In this document: in pieces, positions 37,481 to 49,941 of the stretch
How positions within the stretch are numbered: position 1 is the first letter of the stretch
Layout of the letters: each line of letters opens with the position of its first letter
DNA from: Gracilinanus agilis
Taxonomy: Eukaryota
NCBI RefSeq assembly: GCF_016433145.1
Contig: NC_058132.1
Location: forward strand, 314,469,906 to 314,533,781
Direction of reading: 5' to 3'
Length of the DNA stretch: 63,876 nucleotides
Made by a program: the position numbers and the translations under genes
Notes under the pieces: generated by a model
Databases searched by the model: none
What the model was told of the DNA's origin: nothing
What the model saw: only the letters and a program-made list of their open reading frames with translations

Positions 37481-40400
37481 GTGCTTTAGTGGGAGCTCAT
37501 TATAATTCTTCTTGTTACTCTTCCATTTTGGTACTCCCCTCACACTCAATATTTTAACATTAGTTTAAAGTAAACATAAATAGAAATTTAGAAATGTAAA
37601 TAAAATCATAAAATAATACTTCATTAAGTTAAAAGTGTGTTCATGGAGTATGGAAATAAAGTAAACACTTGCATTCCACTAATCTTCTCTAGTAATAATG
37701 AGAGTATTATTTGGTTATTATTAAAATTGCTTACTTAATCTAATGCTTTAAAGATTAAAAAGCCTTAAATCAACTAGTTTTTACTATGTATAGGTTGATT
37801 GTATATAGATAAACCTTGGTACCATCCTTAGTATAAACTGGAGACAAATTCCTCCTTTTCCTTCAAACTAATTCTTCCTTCCCTGTGTCACTGCCAAGCA
37901 TTAGTCATTACCTCAATTTGATGCCCATCCTTAGACCAGTTTTTACAAAGAATGTATGGTGTTATGATAGTTTTATAGGAAATTCAGAGAAAGTAAAGGT
38001 TTAGGAGAAGAACCACTGGAATAATTGCTTTATTTCTCACTCTCTCTCTGCCTCTCTCTGTCTCTGTCTTTGTTTCTCTCTCTGTGTCTCTCCCCCCCCC
38101 CTTTTCACATGCCCCCTTTGGACCTGTTGTGGTTGATTTTACTAAGGAAAATTTTTGATTTAACAGTTTCAGCCAAGATAAGAAATATGGAGAACACTGG
38201 GTAATGGAGAAGCTCTACAAAAAATAATGGGCTAAGAATATCAATCATTGTCAAGCTAATGCTACATTCTTATGTTAGGAACACTAATCAACTTGGAAGA
38301 ATTCTGTTCCATCCTGTATTTTTTTCAGCAGTTATAAAATTAGTCACTTATAGACTATTAAAGCTCTTGCTCATTATACATGAAGAATTTTATTTTATTT
38401 TGGGATAGAAGATACTGAATTTAAAACACAGTGACATACATAGAACAAGTAGGTTTCCAGTAAATGGATGTTATTAGTTCCATTTTTTTTCATTTCTCCA
38501 TTTCAGTTCCCTTCATTTCCCTTATATTCTTTACCTCCCTTTCCCAACAAAACCCTTCCAGCAAAATACATTTTGTAACATAAAACTTTAATTTTCTCTC
38601 TGCATATGTTTTCATTCTTATGTCGTTCTCTAGTTTTAGAATCATAGTTTATTTCTCTGAGAAAATGATAAAACTAGAATTTGATATCATAAAACTAATT
38701 TAATTCTGTCCATGTGGTCTCTTCATCTCTGAAAGTAGAAATTCCAATATATTCTGTCATGTCTATTTGTTTGACTTTTTTTACATGATAAATAATAAAA
38801 GTTTTTACAGGAGCATCTACCTGACATATTCCAAGCCTTCTTCTAGCATGTCCTTGATGGGGCATGTAAATATATGGAAAGAAGGAATGGTTCATAAGAT
38901 AGTTCTTGTCTCATGGCTAGTTTCTCTTTTTTTCTGGTCATATGTTTTTATTTCAAAGTTTTAGAAAAAATCCATATTTTATCCTTGAAAAAAGTGACCA
39001 GATGAATATTAATCAAACTGGAACCCATTCAATTGTTAAATTGCTATCACTGTTATATTGAGATGGAACTTGCTTCTCTTCCATCCATTAGTACTAATCC
39101 TATCCTTATGCCCAATTAAAAATAATTCTATTTCACATTCACAAATGGACCTTTGAAGATATGGTCAAATACTCTAATTTTTATCTTCTTCAAGGTAGGT
39201 GGTAATTAATTAATCAATCACTAGTATTTCCTTACTATAAGGCCACTGAAATCATATTGAATAGGGAGCCAGTTATTCTTTCTACAGATAAAGTTGTTCT
39301 ATAAGTATGTAAGTTTCCAGTGTCAATTTGAGATTCTATAGAGATAATACATTTAGGGCTCAAGCATCTAATCCTCTGAGTTCATCTTTGTCTAGACTTC
39401 TCTTGGAAGCATCAAATATGATATCTATTACATACTAATATGCATCTATTTTCTTCTTTCATTTTGTTATAAACCGCTAAGTTGTCTCTTGACATTTGCC
39501 AGGAACTGTAAAGGATATATTAAAAAGATATTAAAGGTATAAGCAAATGGCCTTCTAACAATCAAAAGGAGATTAAAGTAAAACATTCTAAAAGTGATTT
39601 GAGAGAGCATGCCATAAACATTAGACTAAGAAAAAGTAAATTAATTAAAAACAGAGGTATGGATTCTTCCTTTTCTTTGGTGAGGTCAGGGCAGAAGAAA
39701 GGTCATTCATAAGGTAGCAATGAATTTATGCAGTTTTTAGATTTTTGTGGAATTCCATTACTATTTTTTAATGTTTACTTGTCCTCTGAATTTTATTTAC
39801 TAGTATGGCATGTTAGTTACATTTGAAAAATATGCATTTGTGTTTAAAGATTCTGATTTTGCAAAAATAGCACCAACATTACTTTGATAATGCTATAGGA
39901 AGCAAAAGTATGATTCCTAAAGTTCAGAAACTATTTCAACCTTCTACTACCAAGAGAAATAAATCTAATGGAACTAAATAGAGAATGAATCAAGGAAGCA
40001 TCATTAAAGGAAAGTTATAATATGAGTGAAAGGAATTTAAGAAACTACTTTCTCCAACTTGTATAATAAACTCTGGTGAAATCATTTATATATAAAAGCC
40101 TTTTTTTCTTTTTGTGGTATCCTCTTCATTCTTAATTTCATTCCACCCTAGTCTCCTGTTTGCCCCACGCATTCTATTTTTCCTTGTAAAAATCTTTTGT
40201 TTTAGAAAAATAGATGAAAAACTTGATAAATACTGAAATATAAATTATTTTCAACATCTAATGTACTAATGTGTCATTTATCTCTATTGATGTATGTGCA
40301 TCTTCAATAAGAACAAAAAGAAAATTTGGGGGCTTAAGCCAAAAAAATGAACATTTAACAGTAAAATTTCATCTATTGTTATGCTTGAACTCTTGAAAGT

Positions 40401-40499
40401 TTTTTAGGGTTATAGGGCTTTTTCCAGTGCCAATGAAATACTGAGTAGGTGGTAACCACTCACTCTTTCTAGTTGCAAATTTGTTCTTATTTGGATATA

Positions 40500-40512
40500 C
40501 GTGTGTGTATGT

Positions 40513-40555
<43 letters not shown>
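40500..40555. repeat. (TG)n microsatellite
   Basis: Directly visible. Confidence 0.95.
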
Positions 40556-40556
<1 letters not shown>

Positions 40557-40799
40557 TTGCTATGTGAAGATGCAGTAAATTGATTTTGCTTTGTGTTGAG
40601 GGGAAACATATGATGGTGAAAGAGGCAGGATGGAGGATATATCTATATCCATAGATATAGATATTTAATAACATAAAGGAAGGTGTCAAATAGAGAAGAC
40701 ACAAAAATATCTGCCAGCAGAAGAGAATGGACAAATATATGGGAAATAATGAAGATTAAAGCTCAGGCAATAATTGTGAGAGTGCTGAACTGGACAAAA

Positions 40800-40850
40800 C
40801 GGGACGTCATCACGTCAGGGAGTTCTTTGTGAGGAGGAGGGCCATTTTTA
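40800..40850. promoter_or_regulatory. Candidate regulatory element: tandem TGACGT (CRE/ATF) cores plus a YY1-like GCCATTTT
   Basis: Minus strand TGACGTGATGACGTCC at 40802-40817; three CpGs in 40800-40814; ggccattttt near 40840. Confidence 0.4.
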
Positions 40851-40997
40851 AAATTACAGAGTTAAGATGGAGAAACATATAAGGAGGTGATTATGTTGTG
40901 TTTGAGTTGTAGATAAAATAAAAAAGTAGAACTCAACAAAACAGATAAACAACAAATTAAAAAGAAATTGATTTGTCATTATTTCAATAAGTATCTA

Positions 40998-41327
40998 CAG
41001 GATGCCCCAAAAGTCTTAGTGAGATTTTAAATTCAATAGCTTTCAGTCATACCCAACTCTTCTCTATTGATTTGGGGTTCTTTTGGAAAAAGTTACTGGA
41101 GTGGTTTGCTATTTTCTTCTCTAGTTCATTTTATAAATGAAAAAGACAGCCAGCTTAAGTGCTTTATGCAGAATCACACAGCTAGTAAGTGCCTGAGGTT
41201 AGATTTGAACTTGAGAAGATGCATTCTTAATTCCAGACCCAGTGGTCTAACTACTGTGCCATCTAGCTGCCTTTGTAAAAGCTTAAGCTTTAAAGCTTTA
41301 AAGCTTCACTTAGCATGGGAAACCCTG
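40998..41327. mobile_element. Tc1/mariner-type MITE split by a MAR1 SINE
   Basis: ta|caggatgccccaaaagtcttagtgagattttaa ... aagctttaaagcttcacttagcatgggaaaccctg, degenerate TIRs. Confidence 0.6.
41041..41271 (-). mobile_element. MAR1-type CORE-SINE
   Basis: ggggttcttttggaaaaagttactggagtggtttgctattttcttctctagttc...agatttgaacttg...gccatctagctgcc. Confidence 0.85.
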
Positions 41328-41399
41328 AATTTTAGTTAAAAAATGGAAATACTAAATGTATACCCTAACTTTTAAGTACCCTATAAGGAACTGAAATAA

Positions 41400-41780
41400 T
41401 ACAAAGGATGAACAGGATGGATGAATAGAAGGATCTAATCATACATCAAAGGATATCTGTGATAAATATCATAGTACTGATAGTAAACAATTCCCTTGGA
41501 TATGTAAGGAAGGGAAAATATAAAGAAAATGAAATGGATGCTATAAACCAGACTATGTTATTATTCAAAAAAGACAATCAAGGAGATGGCTATTAAACAT
41601 TTGTTGATATTTTTGCCTTTATCTCAGATTTTTGAGAATGCTTTGTGTTCTTATTGAAGTATATTGCCTGCTGCCTTGGGGAGAGTGGAGTAGAAGGGAA
41701 GGAGAGGATATAGACTACAAAATATCAGAATATAATTATTAACTATTGTATAGACATGTAATCTGGAAAAAATTTAGAAT
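41400..41780 (+). mobile_element. Old marsupial L1 3' end
   Basis: aaatggatgctataaaccagactatg...attgaagtatattgcctgctgccttggggagagtgg. Confidence 0.5.
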
Positions 41781-42879
41781 GAAGGCCAGTGTCACGGGAC
41801 ACTCAAAAATGCCACTCATTCATTTAATGTATTTGATTATACCAATTTCATCTGTTATTAGGAGGAAAGAACTGAATATAGTAAAAATAATTCTGGTCTA
41901 ACTTCACTGAAAATCAGTAGTGAAGGAAGGACATCATTCTTTCCTAATGAGTGACGGATCACAAGTCATGAGCATCTGGTTTTTCTCTTCTCATTTTTTG
42001 TGAAGTATACATCAATAAGTGCAGAGAGCATTCTCAAAAATGTGAGATAAAGGCAAAATATCCACAAATATTTAATAGTCATTTCCTTGATTATCTTTTT
42101 TGAATAATAATATAGTCCAGTTTATAGTACTTTATTTATTTTATTTAGGTTAGGTATAAAGGATCTTAGAGGTCAGCTTTCAACCCCTTCATTTTTTTTA
42201 GAGGAAACTAATGCCTAAAAAATATGATTTGTCCTAAAATCCATTTTTATTCAGATGCTTCCTCTGACTCCAAAACTCAAAATCCCCCTCTTTTCCTGTA
42301 TTTACTTAGTTTTACAAATTTAAAAGACATGAAAATATCTAAACAAATGAAGAGTAAAGGACCTTAGAACCCAGAGTTTGAGCTCTAAATTCAGTCTGGA
42401 ATTTCTAAATAACAAAGGTGATGCTTGATTTAACTAATTTTGTATCTTTGGAATTTGAAGAGATTATCACCTAACAATTGGCTTTTTGGAAGAACTAGCA
42501 GACAATATGGAACTAGACAGAGTCTAGAGATATGGCTTTGTAAAGTTGTCAAAATAAAAATGACAGCTGAGTCCAGGGGTTTGAAAAGTAGGGAGCTGGA
42601 GAGAAAAAAAAAAGAATAAGGAATTAGACTTGGATGATTCTTTCAATTAAAATTATTAAACTGTGCAAACTCCTTGACTAACTAATACCACTATTAGAGC
42701 TAAACCTCAAAGAGATCAAATAAAGAGGAAAATGACCTCTTTGTACAAAGAATTAACTTTTGCTATTGACAAAGAATTGGAAATTAACAGGGTTCCAACC
42801 CAGGGGGAAGAGGCTGAATAACTTATAGCATGTAAGTGTAATTTTATGCTATTTCATTGCATAAACTTATGAAGGGAAC

Positions 42880-43270
42880 ACTTTCAGAGACAGCTAGAAG
42901 AGAGTAAGAACCAATGCAAAGCAAAATGATCAGAAGCAGATGAATAATTTACATATTGACAGTCTGTTAAACAAAAATAATAACTTTAGAAATCTAAGTG
43001 ACATGAAGACCCAAAACAATTCTTGAAGGTTCATGAGGAAATATACTACCTGTATCCACAAAGAGAAATGGTAGCTTTAGGGTAGAAATTGAACATGAAA
43101 ATTTTGGACATGAACAATTTTTTGTTTGATCATGCAAAATATTTGTGATGATTTTATTTTTTCTTTCTTTTTTTTAAGGTGAGGCAGTTAGGAAGAAGAG
43201 AAGATATATTTTCACCAAAAATATAAAACATAAGAATTAAAAAAATAAAAATATTAAAATAAAATTAACT
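42880..43270 (+). mobile_element. Old marsupial L1 3' end
   Basis: gcaaagcaaaatgatcagaagcagatgaataatttac...gaaggttcatgaggaaatatactacctgtatccac. Confidence 0.55.
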
Positions 43271-43588
43271 ATAAATTTAAATACAACATTCACAAAACTG
43301 TTTTCAAATATAATTTTGAAATTAATATCCAAATTATGATTTTCCATCCATGTTTTTAGGATCTGAGAATGTAGTAAGAACTTTAAAATCTCTCCAATTT
43401 TTACCATTATAGATTTTTTCTTTCCTTATTAATAAAAGTAAATATGTCATATCTTTCCTCTTGAATACAAAATATTACTCTGAAATTACTTATCCATGTT
43501 TTTGAACTGAAGGGAAGGAGTGATTTTAAAGGTTTTCTAGTCGAGTTCTCTAACTTCTCCATTTTACAGATGAGCAAACTGATGTTTG

Positions 43589-43840
43589 AGGCAGTGAAAT
43601 GGCTCTGGAATTAGAATACTGGGCTTGGGATCAGAAAGACTTGAATTCAAATATGACCTCAGACAACTATGTGACCCTAGGCATGTCACTTAATCTGTGT
43701 TTGCTTTAATCCACTAGAAAAGGAAATGGCAAATCACTGCAATATCTTTACAGAAAACAAGCAAACAAACAAAACCATGGACAATATGATCCAAGGTACC
43801 TTGAGGAGTAGGACACAATTGAATGATTAAAGAACAACAA
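43589..43840 (+). mobile_element. MAR1-type SINE nested in a minus-strand MIR (about 43540-43940)
   Basis: gaggcagtgaaatggctc...ccactagaaaaggaaatggcaaatcactgcaatatc...ggacacaattgaatgattaaagaacaac. Confidence 0.75.
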
Positions 43841-44411
43841 ACTGAAGCAGACAGGGGTTATTTGGGTTGGTCAGCTTCACTCAGTCAATAAGTAGCACTG
43901 CTAGAAACCTTTTGACTCATAAGTCCAGGCATTAATTTCTACCTGTATGAAGTTGGTACAATAGATTGCATTAAAATTACTATATATATATGTATATGAA
44001 CATATATATATACATATCCCCTTTTTAAGAGATGAAAAATACATCATTTGGCTTTCTAGCATCCCTTACTAACTTTGCATACTTTTTTTTTATTAGCAGC
44101 CTTCTTTAATTAGCAGATGTACTGTTATTGGCACATATTGCACTTTCTTAGGTAAGAACATTTGCTTTCAGCATATTTGGCTGACATTCTCTGTTACTTC
44201 CTAGCTGAATCTGATTTTACATACTCTCCTGGGTGTACAAAGCCCTCAAATGCACACTCACATTTTTTTCATGTAGTAGATGTGATTTTTACTGTACAAT
44301 TGTTGATTAAAAAAACACATATCAAAATCAGTAAATCATTCAATCAAAATAAGCTTGGTATAATTATCCTATTTTGTTAAAACAAATTCACCTATAGGTC
44401 TATATTTTACC

Positions 44412-44645
44412 AGAGGCAGAGGTAGGTAGAACAGTAGATAAAGCGCGGGAGCTGGAGTTAGGAAGTTGAGTTCAAATCCTATCTCAAACATTTACTATAT
44501 GTGTAACCCAAGGTGAGTCACTTAACTTCTGTAATTTAGGGATAATAATATCACCTACCTTGTAAGATTGGTGTAATGATAAATTGAGATGCCATTTGGG
44601 AAGTGCTTTTGAAAATCTTGATGTGCTATGTAAATGCTAACTATT
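44412..44645 (+). mobile_element. MIR SINE
   Basis: gagttcaaatcctatctcaaacatttactatatgtgtaacccaaggtgagtcacttaacttctg. Confidence 0.7.
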
Positions 44646-45670
44646 ATCTTAACAATAGGGGGAAACCAAAAGTATTAGCCTAAATAAAATGCACCATGTG
44701 CCCTCTACTTATAGAACCCATTGCCACTGGTTTCATTACCCTTGATTTCATTGTACAAATGCCAGGTTGTCAGCACTACTTCATATTATATCCTCTAACT
44801 CAAAAACCCTCTTCAGTTAATACTCCAGACCAACCTCTAAACCTAATACCTAAAACCCAAGCTTAGGTTTTTTTTTCTATTCTTGAGCCTGACACCCAAA
44901 GCCCCAACCCACTTCTCTTGTCTTATCTGCTTCTCAGATGTAATCTGCACCCTTCACTTAAGCATGAATATTCTACCCACTCTTCCCAGAACATAACTTA
45001 AATATTCCAGGCTCCTATACATTTGTTATATCCTTTCCATCACATTGAATGCCCCATCTATTCCTCTCTCTTAACCAAGACCTTAATTACCCTGCAAGAG
45101 AGAACTCTCCAAATTTGGAAATATAAAAATACTGATTATATTAACATTACCTTTCAACTAGGAGAAACACAAAGTGATAGACTAATTCATACTAACATTT
45201 GAATAAATAACTGATCATTTTGATTATTGTATGGTAAAGTTGTAACTAAGGTGGATCAATTGAGATTGTGCCTACGTACCAATTTAGAGATCCAATTACT
45301 GCCCACAGTGATCTAGAAATTATTATCTTTATCTCCCCTTCCATCCCCACAGTCCTTTGCTGGACTGTGCCACTTAGTGCAATCTTACTTCCTCACTTGG
45401 GCACAAGTGTTGTGTCTTACCATTGCAGTACCCACATTGAGGTGTATGTGTTCCTAATTTCAAACCATTCAGAAGTGATTAACTAGATAGCCAGTGTAGA
45501 CAAATATTAGTCCCTAATGAATCAATTTCAGTTAAATGGTCAGTTTGGTTTGCATGTACAATCCCCAGACTAAATCTAATGAGTCTATTTTTTTAATGTG
45601 TCATGAAAGGACTTCCTGGCCAAGACCACTTAATTTTAACTTTTATTTGTTTTAAATTTTGTCATTTGAA

Positions 45671-46114
45671 CTGGAAGAATTCCATGTGAACTGAAAAGAC
45701 TTCCAGGAATTGATGTAGAGAGAAAGAAGCAAAACCAGGAGAAAATTGTACATAGAGATGGATACACTGTGGTACAATCGAATGTAATGGACTTCTCTAC
45801 TAATAGCAATTCAATGATCCAGAAAAATTCTGAGGGTCTTAAGAGAAAGAACACTATCCACATCCAGAGAAAGAATGGTGGGAGTAGAAATGCAGAAGAA
45901 AGACATAGGATTGATCACATATTTCAGTGGGGATGTGATTAGGGTTTTGATGTTAAAAGATCACTCTACTGCAAATATGAATAACATGGAAATAGGTTTT
46001 GAACAATGATACATGTATAACCCAGTGGAACTGCTTGTCAGCTTCCAGTGGGGAGAGGACAGAGTGGAAGGGGGAATTATCAATCATGAAACCATGGAAA
46101 AATAAGGAAAAAAA
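45671..46114 (+). mobile_element. 5'-truncated L1 3' end with perfect 18-bp TSD
   Basis: TSD taaattttgtcatttgaa at 45653-45670 and 46115-46132; same family as 30538-30992. Confidence 0.95.
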
Positions 46115-46564
46115 TAAATTTTGTCATTTGAAACATAGAGCATACACATGAGGCTTGGAAGTGTTATTTCCCTTTTAAGTTATAAATATCATCTTTCCCC
46201 AGTTAATGTGTAATCTCTAGAAAATAGCACCACTCTTACGTGATTGGTTTCAACTATAGTACATACCATAGAGGGTGCTCTAGATAAATTTAGAATTCAT
46301 TCATTTCTTAAGTAAAGTGGCACAAAGATAGCAGAAAAAAATGATTGAAGAGAATATAGTCAACATAGGCACACCTAGACCTAAGAGATGGGTGTCCTTG
46401 CCAGGCAATAGGGGGATGTTTATGAATCATTGGCCTGATATCTTGAGAAAGTCCTTCTTTTGATACATTAAGGTAAGGATCAATGCCTCTACCATTAGGG
46501 CACTGTATGGGGATCTATACTTGTCAAATAAAGGATATAAGTTTATGGGAGAGAAATACTAGGG

Positions 46565-47019
46565 CAGTGATGACAAGCCTTTTGGAGACTTGGAGCCATA
46601 CCCTGCCCCTTCAAATGAGTGCCAGATGTGCCCTGCCCCATCTTTTGCCCCAAATAGGAAAGGAAGAAACATTTCCATTGGGCTGCTGGACAGTGGGATG
46701 GGTGAAGTGAAAAAAAAAATTAACATCAGTGCAGGTGAAGAGGGGAAGGGGAGTGGTCCAAAGCACTCTGCTCTCCTCCAGTTCTGCCACCTGTGAGCTA
46801 CCCACCTCACCCACTGTGTGCTCCCATTGGGCTGCTGGATAAAAGGGCAAATGATATAAAAAAATGCCTTCAGGCAGAGTGGAGAGGGAAAGCAGAGTTT
46901 CACCTGAGTCCCTCTGCCTTTCTAGTAATGAACGCTGGTGGTGGAGAGCAATGCACTTGCCCACAGAGAGTGAAATGTGTGCCATCTTTGGTATGTGTAC
47001 CATAGGCTCTCAATCATTG
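46565..47019. mobile_element. Non-autonomous hAT MITE, 455 bp
   Basis: TIRs cagtgatgacaagcct / aggctctcaatcattg (11/16); flanks tactaggg / gactagga (6/8); internal direct repeat ccattgggctgctgga at 46675 and 46824. Confidence 0.85.
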
Positions 47020-47224
47020 GACTAGGATTTAGAATTCAGCTGCAGGTCTATTCTTCCAAGTTAACTCCTTAACTCTGAAAAGAAACAGCTATTTTGTTCC
47101 CGTGACTAGGTATGTGACACCTCTTCAACTATACATAAGAATGAAAGCACATTTGATAGTCACTGTGTTTGGATAAATGAGTTTTTTTTTAAATTTCTGC
47201 TCTATTGTACTCAAATACATAAAA

Positions 47225-47480
47225 AAGGTTGGTTGATTTTGTCATTGGTACTCGAAGAAGACCAAAATGACTAATCTATGTTTGAGTCAATGAATAATGT
47301 TTCTGAATATGGCTGATTAGACCAACATGAGTTTGGAAGGTTCTACCACAGGTTGACCACAAACAGTCCATTTGACATTTGGGATAGAGATGTCTCTAAG
47401 TCTTCATGTTTCAGATTCCTTTTGAGCTAATGTAATTCTGCTTTACTCATAGGACACAGTGCCTTCTTTGATGTGAGCAG
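47225..47480 (-). mobile_element. RTE-derived SINE or RTE 5' fragment
   Basis: ggtactcgaagaagaccaaaatgac...ggctgattagaccaacatgagtttggaaggttctaccacagg. Confidence 0.65.
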
Positions 47481-47830
47481 GATGTATAAGATATATATGT
47501 ATATACATACACACATATATGTATCAGATTTAATAAAGACATCTACAAATTTGCATCTACTATACATATGTATATATACACATGTACATGGGTGCTATAT
47601 ATGTACTATTACATACAAATATACATGTGTATATAAATACAGAAGATATTGAAAAATCCACAATAATCCAATCACTAGATCCTAGATATCCATACAATAG
47701 TAGATTTCTATATGTGTGTGCATAAATATGTAACATATATACATTTATACCCACATATGTATTATATATGTATGTATGCATTCATATGTATATTTCTGCA
47801 TTTATGTATGTATTATATATATCTATATCT
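47480..47830. repeat. (TA/CA/TG)-rich low-complexity tract
   Basis: Directly visible. Confidence 0.85.
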
Positions 47831-48641
47831 CTTTTTAATTTCTTTTCTCTGAAACATTGGGCACTGTTTTTAAAATGGATTTTTCTGCTTTCCCTTGTAC
47901 TGCTCTATCTCTTTCATTGTCAGATGTTGGAGGTATGCTTCCTTTTTCAGAATTCATTCTTGGTTCATAATGAAGACTTTGTGTATGATAACCAGGTTTC
48001 CACTATTTGCTTCATTTGCTTCTAATCAATGAAGAATGAAGGAGAGATGGGAACAGCAACTTCATGATTAGAAAGGTTTTTATTGTTGCTTTTTAATTTC
48101 TATTGCATTCCTTTTTACTGTCCTGATGCATGACTAAGGAAGAAATGATTTAGGTTCAACGTAAGAAGTGAGTTTGAAAGCAGGCTTTGGAAAGCACTCA
48201 TAAATTGTTGGTCAATTCCCAGATGAAAGATGTGATAGTTTCACAAAGCCTAATAACTACAGTTTCCAGGCTCCTTTAATCTCTGAAGCACCCTGACCAG
48301 GAATGTTTTTTTTTTTACTTTAACCTCACTATAACTACAGAGGGAGGGTAGGCCAGAAGATGTAGGTTAGGGCCTGGAAGGAAGGATAAATAAAGGGTGA
48401 GAAGGTGGGCAAAGAAGATGAAAAGAAAGTAGCAACTCAAAGGCATCTCCTTAGAGAAAGAATCATGAGGCTCGTTGGTTGCCAATGGGCACATTTTTTA
48501 ATGCATTTGATGCCCTTTTATCTCTTTATTTTGTGAAAGTTGAAAGAGATTGTTTTTTGTTGTTACTTTTTCCCCCTTTGTTGGGGAAGGAAGGAAATGC
48601 AGCTGCCGGCATGTAACTCTGTGCTCTGTTTATTTTAATAG

Positions 48642-48673
48642 AATTCAAAGGCTTTTGGCCAGGAGGAGTTAAG
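48642..48673 (+). other. Candidate 32-nt micro-exon
   Basis: tctgtttattttaatag | AATTCAAAGG...GAGTTAAG | gtgagc. Confidence 0.2.
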
Positions 48674-49199
48674 GTGAGCTATGTGGCCCACCAAGAGCAA
48701 AAGCAAAAACAATTCCCACTTCTTGGGTAATCATCAAATCACTTCCTTCTAATTATTGAAGAAAATAGGATACTTGTGATGAATTGCCAAACATAGTTAG
48801 CAATTAGAGAGGATGAGAGACAGAGAAGAAAAAAATAATAGAGAATCATGCCAAAAATAGAGAAAATTGTAGAAGGTTAGCCAATAAATTTCAGAAGGTA
48901 GAGGTTGGCTTGACAGGATGTATCTTAAAAGCATGCTAAGTAAAAGGGAAGGGGGAATAAGTCAAGTCAAGAAAAGTTAGCTGAAGCAGGGAATAGCAAT
49001 TGCCAATCTTTATTACAGAATCTAAGGTAATAGGTCTCAGAGACACATGGTAGGAAATGTAAGCATGGGATTTGTGAAAGGGGGGTGGACAACAGATAAG
49101 AATCCAGGGTGGGGAAATTCTGTATAAAAAATTGTAAAAACCTAAGCAAACAACCTAGGTAATACATAAATTATATCAACAAAAAGATTCGATTTTATT

Positions 49200-49650
49200 T
49201 CAAGTTACAGAATCTAGGAGCTAGACAGAACTTTAGAGTTTAGTTCCCTTGACCATCTAAAAATTAATCTCATCTATACTATCCCTTTACAAATGATAAT
49301 ACAGTCTCTATTTAAAAGCCTCCATTGAAGTCCCTACTTTCCAAGATAATCTATGTCATTTTGTATACTTTTAATTAGTATTATCTTTTGTTTTGTTTTC
49401 CTTTCTATCAAATAGAAACCTACCTCTCAGTAACTCCTACTCTATTTCCAGTTCTTTCTGATGGCAGATAATTTGTATTAAATGTCTTTTCCACATCTGA
49501 AGACTTCTAAAAGTTAAGAAGAGTTATATACTTCTAGTGTTCTACTTCCATAAACTAAATATCTTAGTTCCTTTTATTTCAAAACCTAAGTCTACTTAAT
49601 ATGTCCTTTCCAAGAACAAAAGCATTCTCAGGGTATAGGTGCATTTAAAT
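49200..49650 (-). mobile_element. L3/CR1 3' fragment
   Basis: acagaatctaggagctagacagaactttagag...ctacttccataaactaaatatcttagttcc. Confidence 0.5.
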
Positions 49651-49912
49651 TCACCAATGATGGCATATACTGATATAAGCATGCCTGCCAAAAGGAAAAA
49701 TGAAGAATTGGGTAGAAGGGTGGGGAGATTTCTCACAAAGGGAAAGACTAAACAAGAATAATTTATTAAAAGTTAGACGTGATTTTGTACCCATGGCCAC
49801 ATGGACATCCAGATAAATAGATACATAACGACAGAAACAGTGATACAAAAAAGAGACATGTAAATGTGCTGAAGATTGTGGGCTTCTTTTTATTCTAGCT
49901 TCTCCTTCACAG

Positions 49913-49941
49913 CTATATGAATGCAAATTTTGTGTCAAAGG
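49913..49941 (+). other. Candidate 29-nt micro-exon
   Basis: tttttattctagcttctccttcacag | CTATATG...TCAAAGG | gtaatt. Confidence 0.15.

Noticed and set aside
38150-39310. Several short AG...GT candidates (about 38167-38200, 38810-38864, 39286-39306)
   Set aside because: Donors are weak or frames are stopped, at a frequency expected by chance in AT-rich DNA.
46483-47005. Five overlapping ORFs on both strands
   Set aside because: All fall largely within the GC-richer hAT MITE; none has transposase motifs.
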